From positions 2,795,929-2,829,814 of the forward strand of contig NC_057718.1 in the NCBI RefSeq assembly GCF_004010195.1: a DNA stretch of 33,886 bases, written 5' to 3'. The translations under genes and the position numbers were made by a program. Numbering within the stretch: position 1 is the stretch's first letter; every line of letters starts with the position of its first letter. This DNA is from Chiloscyllium plagiosum (Eukaryota). The notes beneath the pieces are model-generated. The model saw only the letters and a list, made by a program, of their open reading frames with translations. It was not told the DNA's origin and made no database searches. Positions 1-12,515 of the stretch are shown piece after piece.

Positions 1-175
1 TGGGGGCGGGGTTAGGCATGGTGACGGAGATCGGCGTGGGGGCAGGGTTAGGCGTGCGGGCGGAGATCGGCGTGGGGGCGGGGTTAGGCGTGCGGGCGGA
101 GTTGGGCGTGGGGGTGGAGATCGGTGTGGGGGCGGGGTTAGGCATGGGGGCAGAGATTGGTGCGGGGGCAGAGAA
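1..175. repeat. G-rich minisatellite with an 18-bp basic unit and 36-bp higher-order unit
   Basis: Units such as tgggggcggggttaggcg and tgcgggcggagatcggcg alternate, with higher-order starts at 1, 37, 73, (109), 127 and 163. Confidence 0.9.
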
Positions 176-483
176 TCATGCAGCGTAGTCGTGCAGGTGA
201 GTAACGTCACTGGGGGCGGAAGTGGATGCAGCGACGGCAACTCCGGGGGCAGAAGTGGCTGCGGCGATGGCAGAAACGGTGTTGTTCCTAGTGGCTGTGG
301 ACCCTGCGGAGGCTGCGAACCCCGCGGAGGACGCGAATCTGTCAGCGATGGTCTTCCTGGTGATCGTGGAGGCGGTTGTGTGGGCGGCACTCGCGGAGGC
401 TGCATGGTCGATGGGGGCGGAAGTGGCGTCATGGTTTGCGGCGGCGATTGCTGCAGCGGCCGCGTGGTTATTGGCGCCCGAGC
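1..483 (-). mobile_element. Penelope-like element fragment (GC-rich Ala/Thr/Pro low-complexity region)
   Basis: The reverse complement of ~181-240 (ccacttccgcccccagtgacgttactcacctgcacg) resembles 24775-24812 (ccacttcctcccccaccaatgccactcatctgcata), which lies upstream of the Penelope-type RT. There is a sharp GC transition to CR1 sequence near 483. Confidence 0.65.
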
Positions 484-2190
484 CTTTAATCACACTATGC
501 TTTGCTAAATAGTCATAAATCCTATCCCTCAGAATTCTTTCCAAAACTTTGCTGACCATAGACATAAGACTGACTGGTCTGTAATTGCCAGCGAATTCCC
601 TATTACCCTTCTTGAAAAGAGGAGCAACATTCGCCTCCTTCCAATCTTCCAGTATGACTCCCGTGGAGAATGAGGAGGCAAATATCCTCGCCAGTGGCTT
701 AGCAACTTCCTTTCTCGCTTCCTGGAGCAGCCTAGGATAAATCTGGTCTGGCCCTGGGGACTCATCAATCTTAATGTTTTCCGAAACTTCTACCACATCA
801 ACTTTATCAATCTTGATCTGGTCAAGACTGTATCCCAGCTCCTCTAAGTTTTCATTTACAACAAGTTCCCTTTCCTTCGTGAAAACTGAAGCAAAAAAAC
901 TCATTTAGGGCTTCCCCTATCTGCTCAGACTGACGCACAAGTACCCTCCGCTATACCTGACTGGCCCTACCTTTTCCCTGATCATTCTCTTATTCCTCAC
1001 ATATGAGTAAAACACCTTTGGGTTCTCCCTAATCCTTCTTGCCAAGCCATTTTCGTGCCCCCTCCTGGCTCTCCTCAGTCCATTTCTGAGCTCCTTTCTT
1101 GCAAGCCTGTAATCCTCTAGAGCTGTGCTAGATCCTTGCTCCCTCCACCTTACATAAGCTGCCTTCTTCCTTTTGACAAGAAGTTCCTCTGTTCTCGTCA
1201 TCCAATGTTCCTCAATCTTCTTACCTGCCTCAGAGGAACAAATTTGTGCATCACTTGCAACGACTGCTGCTTATATAGTCTCCACATGTCTGCTGTGCCC
1301 TTTCTGTGGAACAATTGCTCCCAGTCTATACATCCCAACTCCTGTCTGATAGCGTCATAATTTCCTTTTCTCCAATTGAATATCTTCCCTCAGTAATTGC
1401 TCTTTCATTTTCCAAGGCTATGCTAAATGTGAGGCAGTTGTGATCATTGTCACCAAACTGCTCTCCCACCGCGAGATCTGACATTTGTCCTGGCTCATTG
1501 CCGAGCACCAAATCCAAAATGGCCTCTCCCCTCGTCGATCTGTCTACATACTGAGTAAGGAAACTCTCCTGAACACACCTGACAAAATTGGCTCCATCCA
1601 AACCATCTACACTTAGGAGGTTCCAGTCGATATTGGGAAAGTTGAAATCACCTATAACAATAACCCTGCTACTTTTGTATTTTTCCAGAATCTACCCACC
1701 TATGAAATCTTCAATCTCTCTACTGCTATTAGTGGTCTGTAGAAAACCCCCAATGCGGTCGCTGTTCCCTTGCTGTTCCTAACTTCCACCCATACTGACA
1801 CAGTAGACAAACCTTCCTCAACAACCTTTGTTTCTGTAGCTGTGATGCACTCTCTGATTAGCAATGCGACACCCCCTCCTCTTTTTCCACCCGCACTGTA
1901 CTTTTTAAATGTTCTAATCCCTGGAACATCAAGCAACCATTCCTGCCCCAGTGAAACCCACGTCTCCATTATGGCCACAACATCGTATCCCAAGTACTGA
2001 TCCATGTTCTAAGTTCATCACTCTTATTTCGGACACTCCTTGCATTAAAGCATACACACTTTAACCAATTCCTTTGTTTCATCGCGTGAGAAACCTTCCT
2101 TTTCAATTCAACATATCCTGTCACTGTCATGTCTGCAACTGATCCCCTCTCAGACATATGGCTCTGATTCCCACCCCAGATTCCCACTCC
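484..2190 (-). mobile_element. CR1 LINE ORF2 fragment (APE endonuclease through start of RT), frameshifted
   Basis: Successive minus-strand ORFs give LKCVCFNARSVRNKSDEL, YDVVAIMETW, GVFYRP, TRGEAILDLVLGNEPG, ENPKVFYSYV, SPGPDQIYPRLL, WKEANVAPLFKKG and NYRPVSL. Confidence 0.95.
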
Positions 2191-2195
2191 AGATT

Positions 2196-3390
2196 GAAGT
2201 TATCAATCTCAGTCTTAAACATACACAAGGACTCTGCTCCCACAGCTCTCTGGAGCAAGGAGCCCAAAGTCTCACAATCTTGTTAGAGAAGACATTCTTC
2301 CTCGTCTCAGTCTTAAATTGGTGCCCCTTAATTCTGAGACTATGGCCTTTGGTCTGAGACTCGCCCATGAGGGGAAACATCCTGTCAGCATTTACTCTGT
2401 CAAGCCCCCTTAAGAACCCTGTACACCTCAAACAGATCACCTCTCATTCTTCTAAACTCAAGTGAGTAGAGTTCCAACCTGTTCAGCCTTTGCTCATAAG
2501 ACAATCCCTCCATACCAGGGATCATCCACGTGAACCTTCTCTGAACTGCCTCCAATGAAATAAATCTTTCTTTAAATAAGGTGAACCAAAACTGCTGACA
2601 GTACACCTGAAGTGGGCCCACCAGCACCTTGTCCCGTTGCAGTGAGACTTCCTGACTATTACACTCTAACCCCCTTAAAATAATGACCAAAATTCCATTA
2701 GCCTTTCTGATTACCTGTGAACACTGTGTTTCTGAGTTTTGTGCATAAGTTTACCCAAGTCCCTTTGTGTTGCAGCTTTCTGCAATTTCTCTCCATTTAA
2801 ATAATATTCTGTTATTTTGTTCTCCCTTCCAAAATGATCAACTTCAAATTTTCACACATTACACTCCATTTGTCAGTTTTTTGCGCACTTTTTTAACCTA
2901 TCAATATCTCTGTAAATTGTTTGCGCCTCTCCCACAAACTGCCTTTTCACCTATTTTTGTGCCACCTGCAAATATTCCAACAGTACATTGACTTCCCTTC
3001 TCCCAGTCATTAATATAAATTGTAAACAGTTGTGTTCCCAGCACTGATCTCTGTGGAACCCCACTGCTCATGGTTCACAACCCGAAAATGAACCCTTTAT
3101 CCCTTTTCACTGTTTCCTGCCCATGAACATTTCTCTAGCCCCAATAGTATGCTGCCTCCAATATTGTGGGCTCTTATCAAATGAATTAACCTTTTGTGAG
3201 GTACCTCTCCAAATCCGTCCTGGAAGTCTAAATACGACACATTTACTGGTTCCCTCTCTCCACTCTGCGAGAGACTTTCTCGAAAAACTCAAATAAATTA
3301 GTCAGACACAATTTCCTTTTTATGAATCCACACTGACTCCGCTTGATTCGATTATGATTGTCCAAATATTCTGCTATTAATTCCTGAATA
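2196..3390 (-). mobile_element. Old CR1 RT/C-terminal fragment within duplicated cassette A
   Basis: Translates to LEAVQRRFTWMIPGMEGLSYEQRLNRLELYSLEFRRMRGDL. Paralogous to 10050-11233 (+) and 30405-31900 (-). Confidence 0.9.
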
Positions 3391-3419
3391 TATTAATGTG
3401 ATTTTTTTCCTCCATTATA

Positions 3420-3852
3420 GGGGAAGGGCTTGTCCCGATTGGAGTTAAGAATGAAAAGAAGGTTTGAAGCATCTCAGTTTCTTTAGGCCTTGACAGGGTG
3501 AATCTGGAGAGGAGGTTGTTTCCCTTTGTGGGAGCGTCTGGGACCAGAGGGCAAAAGCCCACAGGAATGGGTCTGTGATTTAAGATGGAGATGAGGAGGA
3601 ATTTCAACTCTCAGAGGAAGTGAATCTGAGGAATTATTTTTCCACAGAGGGCTGTTGAGACTAAGTCCAGAAGTAACTTTGAGTCTGATAGCGACAGATT
3701 TTTAATCAGGAATGTAATCCAGGGTTATGGGGAAAATTAGGAAAGTAGAGATGGGGACTACCAGGTCAGCCATGATCTCATTGAATGGCAGAACCAACCC
3801 ATTGAGCTGAATGCCCTAATTCTGCTCTTATATCTTCTGGTCTTAAGGTCTA
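3420..3852 (+). mobile_element. CR1 3' end fragment within cassette A
   Basis: Contains CR1 C-terminal sequence (tttaagatggagatgaggaggaatttc) and a 3' UTR-like end (cagccatgatctcattgaatggcag...ggtcttaaggtct). Paralogues lie at ~9600-10030 (-) and ~31925-32360 (+). Confidence 0.8.
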
Positions 3853-4711
3853 GTTGTGGAATTTAACAGGCTATTGGATAGTTATTTAAACATAACCAAT
3901 GTGCAGGTTGGAGGGGAAAAGGCAATTTAACATGCTCACAGAGCTGGTGCAGATAAAATGGGCCCATTGGCTTCCTTCTTCATCAGAACATTCCTGTGAT
4001 TTTGGGAACAGTGAGATTCCACTTTGTGCAGCAAATGTTGCTTCCCTTTTTCTGTTTCCCGGGCTCAGTTTGCAGCAGGTGTTTATAAAAGGAAACCTTA
4101 TCTCAACCAAATTGTTGAAATCATAGTTCCTGCAGTTACCCTCTCTTTGCTCCATAGATGGTGAAATTTGCAGTTTGACCCACAGTATTGTCTGTCCATT
4201 AAACAGCTGGGAAATGGTGGGAGCACAGGAGAACACTCTACACTCTCAGCAAGTGTGAAGGGGCAGCTTGAGAATAGAGAACTAATGTGAGTGTCAGCAT
4301 GGATCCATTGGTGAAACTCACTCTGAATCACAAAGCTGTAAATTTACCAACTTTGCAAAACAGGAGGTTGTCTTTCAAATCCACCCTAACGAGACCCAGT
4401 GAACACAGACTAATCTAACCTACTTTAAATCCACACCTTAATGGTGTAGCCTGTCCCTCAATCCCATTCTCCCAGTAAATGAATGACAGAAAAGGATGGG
4501 AGGAACATTCCATTTTCTGGTCTGTGTTCCCATTTGTAGAGCTCTGTGTCAGCTGCACCACACAATCCCCAGAAAGTGATAAATTATCCTTGTGACACTA
4601 GCCTCCAGCTGTCAATGTTCAAACTTGTAGAATCCTCACAAACTCCACAGCAGCACAAACTATGTAAAGGTCATATACAACTAGTTAAACTTCTCCAAAG
4701 CAAACAGTCCC

Positions 4712-4763
4712 CCAAAGCAACACAGCGGGACTGAGTCACAGTAAATACAGTTCCACTGATCAT
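4712..4763 (-). pseudogene. Signal-peptide-like exon copy A (MISGTVFTVTQSRCVAL-G) with splice donor lost
   Basis: 52-nt paralogue of the other leader exons. The donor reads G|GGGACT instead of G|GTAAGT, and Q and R substitutions disrupt the hydrophobic core. Confidence 0.6.
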
Positions 4764-5659
4764 CTCAACAAAGCGCCAACCCTGTGTATCCATGCAGTTT
4801 ATTGTACATCCAGTTAATACATCGAAACGTAAAGTGTCCCGGCCAACTGCGCTTCTTTAATTACTCATTTCTCAGGAGTTAAAGAAATTAAACTGTCAAT
4901 AAAGAGGAAGTTCAACATGGTTCTCTCTTATCAGATAGGGGACAGCAGTTTGAACACATTCCTTATTCCATTTCTTGTCTTTCAATGTTTTTTTTTCTAA
5001 CTTCTTCTTAACCCTTTAGTGAACATACGTTACTGAGTAGGCTTTCCATGAAGTGAATCTGGTAATATTTGTTTATGATTTATTGTCAGTGAATTTACAC
5101 TGAGAATTATACAGCGACGGTTACATTCACTGCAACAATTGCAATGACAATGGTTCCTAACCCCAGATTATTTGCCAAAACATTACAGGTGTAATGACAA
5201 CATGTATAATTTAAAATTCCACATTGTCATGACTCTCTGGAAGTCAAGCCCACTATTCCAGGAGTTGTCGCATTGGAGAAAGGTTTATTCAAACAGTCCA
5301 AAGTCCCCGATTTGCCTGACCGTGAAACTCAGGGCAAATGCAAACACAGACCAGGTAACTGAACTGAACAAGCTGAACTTAAACTGATTACAAACTGTTT
5401 GATTTCACCAATGTAGAATGGAAACACAATTTATAACTGGTTTTACGCTTTTTGAATTTCTCCTCTCCCATACGAAGGCAGTCACACAAGACAGACCAGA
5501 CATGGCTGTTAAGGGAAGAAAAAGATTGAAAAAAATCAGGGAAACACAGTTAAATCACATCGATATGGACCAGGAATTTAATGAGTCACTGGCCTTCTCA
5601 TCATTTCAATTCAGATTTGGTATTTTTGCTGCAAACACTAAGTTACATTCAGAAGGCTT

Positions 5660-6018
5660 TTGATGAGGAGCCACAGAAGAGATTGACATGAAAAATTAAA
5701 GTCCATGAGTTTGGGATATTGCAATGAAATGGATTGAGAACTGATTGTCAAACAGGTAACAAAGAGTCACAATAAATGAGTCATATTCTAAAAGACACAC
5801 AGCAATTAGTGGGGTACTACAGGGATCAGTGCTTGGACTTGAGCTATTCACAATATTGATTTATGATTTAGAAAAGTGAACTGAATTTATTGTCTACAAG
5901 TTTGCAGGTGTCAGAAAACTGAGTGGGGGGGGTGAGCTGTGAGGAAAATGTAGAGACTCTGCAGTGTGATTTGGACAGGCTGAGTGAAGGGGCAAATATA
6001 TGACAGAGAAATCATAAT
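5660..6018 (+). mobile_element. Degenerate CR1 RT fragment
   Basis: agtggggtactacagggatcagtgcttgga corresponds to [10 protein letters not shown] and aagtttgcaggtgtc corresponds to KFADD. Confidence 0.8.
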
Positions 6019-6695
6019 GTAAACATCCTGGGGGTTACCGTTGACCAGAAACTCAAATAGACTCACTACATAAACACAGTGGCTACAAGAACAGGTCACA
6101 GACTGGGGATACTGTGGTGAATAACTCACCTCCTGACACACCAAAGTCTGTCCAACATTGATACGACACAAGTCAGGAGTGTGATGGAAACTCCCCACCT
6201 ACCTGGATGGGTGTAGCTCCAACAACACTCAAGAAGCTTAGCACTATCCAGGACAAAGCAACCAGCTTGATTGGCACTGCATCTACAAACGTTCAATCCC
6301 TCCACCACTGGCGCTCAGTAGTGGCAGTGTGTACAATCTACAAAAGGCACTGCAGAAATTCATCAAAGATCCTTAGACAACAGTTTCCGAACCCACAATC
6401 ACTTCCACCCAGAAGGACAAGGGCAGTAGGTACTTGGGAGCACCACCACCTGCAAGTTGCCCCCCTCAAGCCATTCACCACCCTGACGTGGAAATATATC
6501 ACCATTCCTTCACAGTCGTTGGGTCAAAATCCTGGAATTCCCTCTGTACCAGCATTGTGGATCAACCCACAGCAAGTGGACTGCAGCAATTAAAGAAGGC
6601 AGCTCACCACCACCTTCTCAAGGGGAAATAGCAATGGGCTATCAATGCTGGCGCAGCCAGCGATGCCCAACTCTCACAAATGAATTTTAAAAAAG
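6019..6695 (+). mobile_element. 3' end of a second CR1/L2-group LINE family with A-rich tail
   Basis: Translates to QVRSVME...WMGVAPTTLKKLSTIQDKATSLIG and SFTVVGSKSWNSL...KKAAHHHLLKG, ending in aatgaattttaaaaaag. It sits between two CR1 RT fragments. Confidence 0.85.
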
Positions 6696-6699
6696 AGAA

Positions 6700-7575
6700 A
6701 GATGACTGCAAGCAAAGAGTAGGAGTAAAAGGGTGTCTCACATGAAGACAGACTGTTCCTTGTAGTGTACTGCACGGCTCAACAGCTGGAGAAATGTTTT
6801 GGATATGGGGCCCAATTGGAATGCTTCCAAACTTTCTGATGGTATAAAAAGTAGGTAAGATTGGAAGCTGTGAGGAAGATGCAAGGGGCCATCAAGTGGC
6901 CAGGCTCAGTGAATGGGAAAAGACAAGGCAGATGGAACATAATGTGAATAGATGTAAAGATGGCTACTTCACCAAAGGAATCAAGAAGACAGAATATACT
7001 TAAATAGTGAGAGTTTGGGAATTGTTAGTGTCCAAACAGACCTGGGTTTCCGTGTTCATGACTCACTAAAAGTCAGCTTGAGGCTGCACCAGTCACTAAG
7101 GAAGGCAAATGTTGGTCTTCACCACAAGGGAGTTGTGTCCAGGAGGGAGGATGTCTTGCTGCAGTTGGACAAAGCATTGCGGAGACCATACCTGGATCGT
7201 GGACAGTTTTTTTCTGAATGTAAGGAAGCACAGGCTTACCATCGAGGGAGTTATATGGAGGGTCAGTAGACTAATCCCTGGGATGGTGAGTTTGTTGGAT
7301 GGGAGAGAGTGAGGAGATTGGCCTGTATGCTCTCCGTTTGAAAAATCAGAGGTGATTAGATTGAAACTTTCAACGTGCTTCAAGGGCATGACAGTGTGGA
7401 TGTTGGTAGCAATGTTTCCCTTGGCTGGTGAATTAAGAACCATGGGGCATTATCTCAGGAAAAGGAGTCATCCAATTGAGACTGAGATGAGGAAGAATTT
7501 CTTCACCCAGAAGGTGGGGAATCTGTGGAATCCCCTATCCCAGAAGGATGTAGGACCTCAATCATTGAGTATGGT
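6700..7575 (+). mobile_element. Highly degenerate CR1 RT/C-terminal fragment
   Basis: Translates to DVLLQLDKALRRPYL and ETEMRKNFFTQKVGNLWNPL. Confidence 0.85.
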
Positions 7576-8420
7576 CTGTCTAAATGCCTCTTAAATATTG
7601 TTATTGTATCTATTTCAACCATCTCCCCTGGCAGCTCATTCCAGGCATCTACTACGCTCTGTGTAAACAATCTGCCTCACACATCTCCTTTAAACATTCC
7701 CCCCTCACCTTAAACCTATGACCCTCAGATTTCACATTTCCAACCGTGGAATGAGATTTCAACAATCCATTCTGTCCCTGCCTCTCATAATTTTATAAAC
7801 ACCTGTCAGGTCATCTCTCAGCCTGTGATACTTCAGTGAAAACAATCCAAGTTTGTCCAGCCTCTCCAAATAGACTAAATATCTCCAATCCCGGAAACTC
7901 CAAAGATTTTCACGCAGTTTGCAAATATTTCCAAATTTATCAGTGCCGCTGTTTCCCCTCTACACACTTTGGTCGCGACATCCCTGAAAAACTCTAATAA
8001 ATTAAATTAATTAAACAATTTTTCTTTTGTGAAGCCATGCTGAGTCTGCTTGATATGATTATGATTTTCAAATGTTCTGCTATTTCTTCCTGCATAAAAA
8101 ATTCCAATATTTTTCCAACAATAAATGCCAGCAAACTGCACGATGGTATCTGTTTTTTCCTCCCTCCCTTCTGAATATGCATGACACATTGGCAGCTTTC
8201 TAATCCTTCGGTACTTCTCCAGAATCCAAAGAGTTTTGGAAAATTACAACTAACACATCTCTGTAGTTCCCTCTTTCAGAGTCCGTGGATATAAGCCATC
8301 AAGGCCAGGGGACTGATCTGACTTTAGCCCCATTAGTTTGTCTGACACAACTGCTTCAGTGACAATGATGGGACTTACTCCTTGCCCAATATCCTTCAGC
8401 TTTACTGGAATGTTCAAAAT
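7576..8420 (-). mobile_element. Two degenerate minus-strand CR1 fragments (~7576-7900 and ~7975-8420)
   Basis: Translates to KLMGLKSDQSPGLDGLYPRTLKE, GKILEF and HIKQTQHGFTK. A C-terminal CR1-like stretch occupies 7580-7890. Confidence 0.8.
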
Positions 8421-8595
8421 TATCTTGCACTGTAAAGACCGAGCCAGTATATTTCCATAAATGTTTTGATCATTCACAGGGTTGCAGCAAATGTGTGAAT
8501 TCTCAATGTTGAAGTGAATGAGTGTGAGGGACTTGCACTGAATAAATAATTAGCACCGCTGCTAAAATAAAATTCACTAGATTATGAGAAAATCA

Positions 8596-8795
8596 AGCCA
8601 ATCATATCCTCCCTGAGAAGGGAACAGCCATTGGTTTATTGTCACTGCTTCCCCTTTACTGACACTTTAACTTCTTTACCTCCTGAGAAATGAGACATTA
8701 AAGAAGCTGCAGTTGGCTGGGATATTTTGTGTTTCACTGTTTTAACTGGATGTACAATAAATTGTGTGGAGAAACAGGGTTGTCACTCTGCTGAG
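8596..8795 (+). promoter_or_regulatory. Candidate proximal promoter/5' UTR of the leader-exon gene
   Basis: AGCCAATCA at 8596-8604 and ATTGG at 8630-8634 (also present in copy D). TGGATGTACAATAAA, ending at 8761, is identical upstream of copies A, B and D. Function is inferred only. Confidence 0.3.
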
Positions 8796-8847
8796 ATGAT
8801 GAGTGGAACTGCATTTGCAATAACTCTGTTCCTCAGTGTTGATTTGG
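8796..8847 (+). CDS. Putative signal-peptide exon copy B (MMSGTAFAITLFLSVDL-G), partial gene or pseudogene
   Basis: ATG in gagATGa context, 17 codons plus 1 nt, a hydrophobic core, then a consensus G|GTAAGT donor at 8848. Asp replaces the Ala seen in copies A and D. Confidence 0.55.
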
Positions 8848-9599
8848 GTAAGTGTATGCTTTGGAGAAGTTTAAACCTTTATAAAATATCTTTCTATGGT
8901 TTGTGCTGCTGTGGAGTTTATGTGAATTCTATAAGCTTGAGCATTGAGAACTGGAGGGGAGAATCACAAGGAGAATTTATCACTCTCTGTGGATTGTTTG
9001 GTGCAGCTGACACAGAGCTACACAGGCTGGGAACGCAGACCAAAAAGTGGAGTGTTCCTCCCATCTTTTTCTGTCATTCATTTTCTGGAAGAATGGGATT
9101 GAGAACACCATTAAGGTGTGAATTTGGATTGGATTGGATTAGTCTGTGTGTTCACTGGGTCTCGTTGGGGTGGATTAGAAAGACAACCTCCTGCTTTACA
9201 AAGTTGGTGAATTTTCAGCTTTGTGATTCAAAGTTAGTTTCACCAATGGACCCATGCTGGCACTCACATTAATTCTCTACTCTCAAGCTGCTCCCTCACA
9301 CTCACTGAGAGTGTAGAGTCCCCCTGTGCTCCCACCATTTCCCAGCTATTTAATGGACAAACAATACTGTGGAACAAACTGGAGATTTCACCATCTACGG
9401 AACAAAGAGAGAGACTAACTGAAGGATATGTGATTGCGACAATTTGGCTGAGATAAGGTTTCCTTTTTAAACAATTGCTTCAAACTGAGTCTCAGAAATA
9501 GAAAAGAGGAAGCAACATATGCTGCACAAAGTGGAATCTCACTGTTCATATTTAAACAACCATCCAATAGCCTGTTATATGCCACAACTGGATCGAAAG

Positions 9600-12055
9600 A
9601 TGAAAGGATATAGGAGAGAAGAGGCCATTCAGCTCATTGTGTTGGTTCTGCCATTCAGTGAGATCATGGTTGCTCTGATAGTCCCCATCTCTCCTTTCCT
9701 GCCTTTTCCCCAAAACCTTGGATTCCATTCCTGATTAAAAATCTGTCGCTATCAGACTGTAAGTTACTTCAGGACTCAATCTCAACAGCCCTCTGTGGTA
9801 AAGAATTCCTCAGATTCACTTCCTCTGAGAGATGAAATTCCTCCTCACTTCCATCTTAAATCACAGACCCATTCCTATGAGCTTTTGCCCTCTGGTCCCA
9901 GACTCTCCCACAAAGGGAAACAACCTCCTCTCCATATTCACCCTGTCAAGGCCTAAAGAAACTGAAATGTTTCAAACCTTCTTTTCATTCTTAACTCCAA
10001 TCAGGACAAGCCCTTCCCCTTGGATGGAGAAAAAACAATCACGTTAATATATTCAGGAAGTAATAGCAGAATATTTAGACAATCATAATCTAATCAAGCA
10101 GAGTCAGTGTGGCTTCATGAAAGGGAAATTGTATCTGACTAATTTATTTGAGTTTTTCGAGAAAGTCTCACGCAGAGTGGAGAGAGGGGAACCAGTAAAT
10201 GTGTTGTATTTAGACTTCCAGGACGGATTTGGGGAGGTACCTCACAAAAGGTTAATTCATTTGATAAGAGCCCACGATACTGGAGGGGGCATACTATTGG
10301 GGCTAGAGAAATGGTTCATGGGCAGGAAACAGCGAAAAGGGATAAGGGGTTCATTTTCAGGTTCTGAATTGTGACCAGTGGGGTTCCACACGGATCAGTG
10401 CTGGGACCACAACTCTTTACAATTTATATTAATGACTGGGAGAAGAGAAGTCAATCTACTATAGGAATATTTACAGATAGCACAAAAATAGTTGAAAAGG
10501 CAGTTTGTGAGAGAGACGCAAGCAAGTCTACAGAGATATTTGTCATTTAACTTGCAAATGGAGCATAATGTGTGAAAATGTGAAGTTGTTCCTTTTGCAA
10601 GGCAGAACAAAAGAACAGAATGTTATTTAAATAGGAAGAAATTGCAGAAAACTGCAACACAAAGGGACTTGGGTAAACCTGTGCATAAAACTCAGAAAGC
10701 TAGCACACAGGGTTAACAGGTAATCAGGAAGGCTGATGGAATGTTGACCCTTATTTCAAGGGGATTGGAGTATAAGAGTCAGGAAGTCTTACTGCAACTG
10801 GACTAGGTGCTGGTTGGGCCACACCGGGTATACTGTCAGCAGTTTTGGTTCACCTTATTTAAAGAAAGATTTATTTTATTGGAGGCAGTTCAGAGAAGGT
10901 TCATGAGGATGATCCCAGGTACGGAGGGACTGTCTTATGAGCAAAGGCTGAATAGGTTGGGACTCCACTCACTTGAGAAGAATGAGAGATGATCTCTTTG
11001 AAGTGTACACGATTGTTAAGGGGCTTAACAGAGTAAATGTTGACAGGATGTTTCCCATCATGGGAGAGTCTCAGACCAGAGGCCACAGTCTCATAATTAA
11101 AGGACACCAGTTTAAGACTGAGATGAGGAAGAATGTCTTCTCTGACAGGATTGTGAGTCTTTGAGTTCCTTGCTCCAGAGAGCTGTGGGAGCAGAATCCT
11201 TGTGTATGTTCAAGACTGAGATTGATAACTTCATAACCAGTTTCCAGGAAAGAGCAGAAAAGTGGATGTGAGGAATGTTTGTTCAGCTGAGGATCTCAGA
11301 GTGCTGGTACATAATTCTTTGAAGTTTGCATCACATGTAGACAGGGTGCTTAAAAGACATTTCATGCTTAGCTTCATCCTTTGATTATAGGAGTTGGGAC
11401 AACAGTGATATTGAGATTGTGCAGGATATTGGTGAGGCCTCTTCTGGAATACAGTGCCCAGTTCTGGTCATCCAGTTATAGGAAGCATGTTGTTAAACTG
11501 GAGATGATTCTGAAGTGATTTACCAGGATGTTGATGCCTATGGAAGAGTTGTGTTACAAAGAAAGTCTGGAAAAGCTGGGACTTTTCTCACTGGAGCATA
11601 ACAGGTTGGAAGGCCACCAGATAGAAGGTTATAAAATAAAGAGAGATATCAATAGGGTTTATGGGAGTTGTCTTTTCCTGAGGATGAGGGATCTCTAGAC
11701 TAGGGAACCCATTTTTAAGGTGAGAGAAGAGAGATTTCAAAAAGATATGAGGGCCAATTATTTTACACAGAGGGTAGTTCAAGGGTGGAATGAACTTCAT
11801 GAGGAAGTAGTGGATGCAGATACATTTGCAATGTTTAAAAGACATTAGGATATGTATAAGTATAGGAAAGGTTTGGAGGGATATTGGCAGGAGCAGGCAG
11901 GTGTGACTAGTTTAGTTTGGGATTTTATTCGCCATGGACTGTTTGGACAAAAGAGTCTAATTCTGTGCTGTATGACACTGTGACTCTCTAACTCCATTGA
12001 ATGGTGGAACAGGAATGGGGCTGAATGGACTACTCCTGTTCTAATTCTTCTGATC
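9600..12055. mobile_element. CR1 mosaic of cassette B: 3' end (-) ~9600-10030, RT (+) ~10050-11233, 3' end (+) ~11280-11990
   Basis: Translates to KGKLYLTNLFEFFE, VNVLYLDFQDGF and LEAVQRRFMRMIPG. A tail-like gtgctgtatgacactgtgactct lies near 11965-11988. Confidence 0.9.
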
Positions 12056-12148
12056 AAACTACTCAGTAATTTCTACACTTCCAAAAAAAACACTATTACA
12101 TGTTATAATATTATATTCCATTTGCCACATTTTGCCCAATCATTTCAC

Positions 12149-12168
12149 CTCTCTCTCTCTCTCTCTCT
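12149..12168. repeat. (CT)10 microsatellite within a small minus-strand CR1 remnant (~12110-12232)
   Basis: Read directly from the sequence. The flanks resemble antisense CR1 RT (ggtgtcatcaccaaatt, corresponding to KFADDT). Confidence 0.85.
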
Positions 12169-12515
12169 GCAGACTCTCCATCTCCTCTTGACACCTCACT
12201 TTCCTCCTTATGTTGGTGTCATCACCAAATTGACCTCTCATCCAGGATCAGAGATTGCTGTGCTGGAGTCTCTCATTCTTCACCCAGAATGGTGTTCCTT
12301 CAAATCCGTGCTGCATCTCCTCTTCCATCACCCCTGAAGTGAGGTGGAATATTGCTAGACTCACCCTAACTCACTAATTGAGCTGAAGTTTCGTCAGCCT
12401 GACCCTGAGACCATCACTGGCTCCATGTCCTCTACCCAGAGCTGGAGGGACACACCCTGTAGCCCTCACATTTGTCTCCAATCTGCCCCAGTCTACCCCA
12501 TTTCCCTCAGGCACC

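Larger units (their letters stand above)
2196..4905 (-). repeat. Segmental duplication cassette A (leader-like exon, intron-like sequence and CR1 mosaic)
   Basis: Colinear direct repeat of ~30405-33410 and inverted repeat of ~8660-11233, including shared junctions between unrelated CR1 pieces. Confidence 0.92.

Noticed and set aside
1..150. Telomere-like GGGTTAGG motifs
   Set aside because: They are isolated motifs within a 36-bp unit, not a (TTAGGG)n array.
176..904. 242-aa ORF as a novel RT/alanine-rich fusion protein
   Set aside because: It is a chance in-frame junction of a truncated CR1 ORF2 with GC-rich, stop-poor Penelope-like sequence, and it has no RT catalytic motifs.
5172..5663. 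Short ORFs and splice-like signals in unassigned sequence upstream of copy A
   Set aside because: No recognisable motif, paralogue or consistent exon chain.
9007..9115. Possible second exon ending at AAG|GTG (GTGAGT in copy C)
   Set aside because: The acceptor is weak, copy C has an in-frame stop, length differs between copies, and no domain is recognisable.
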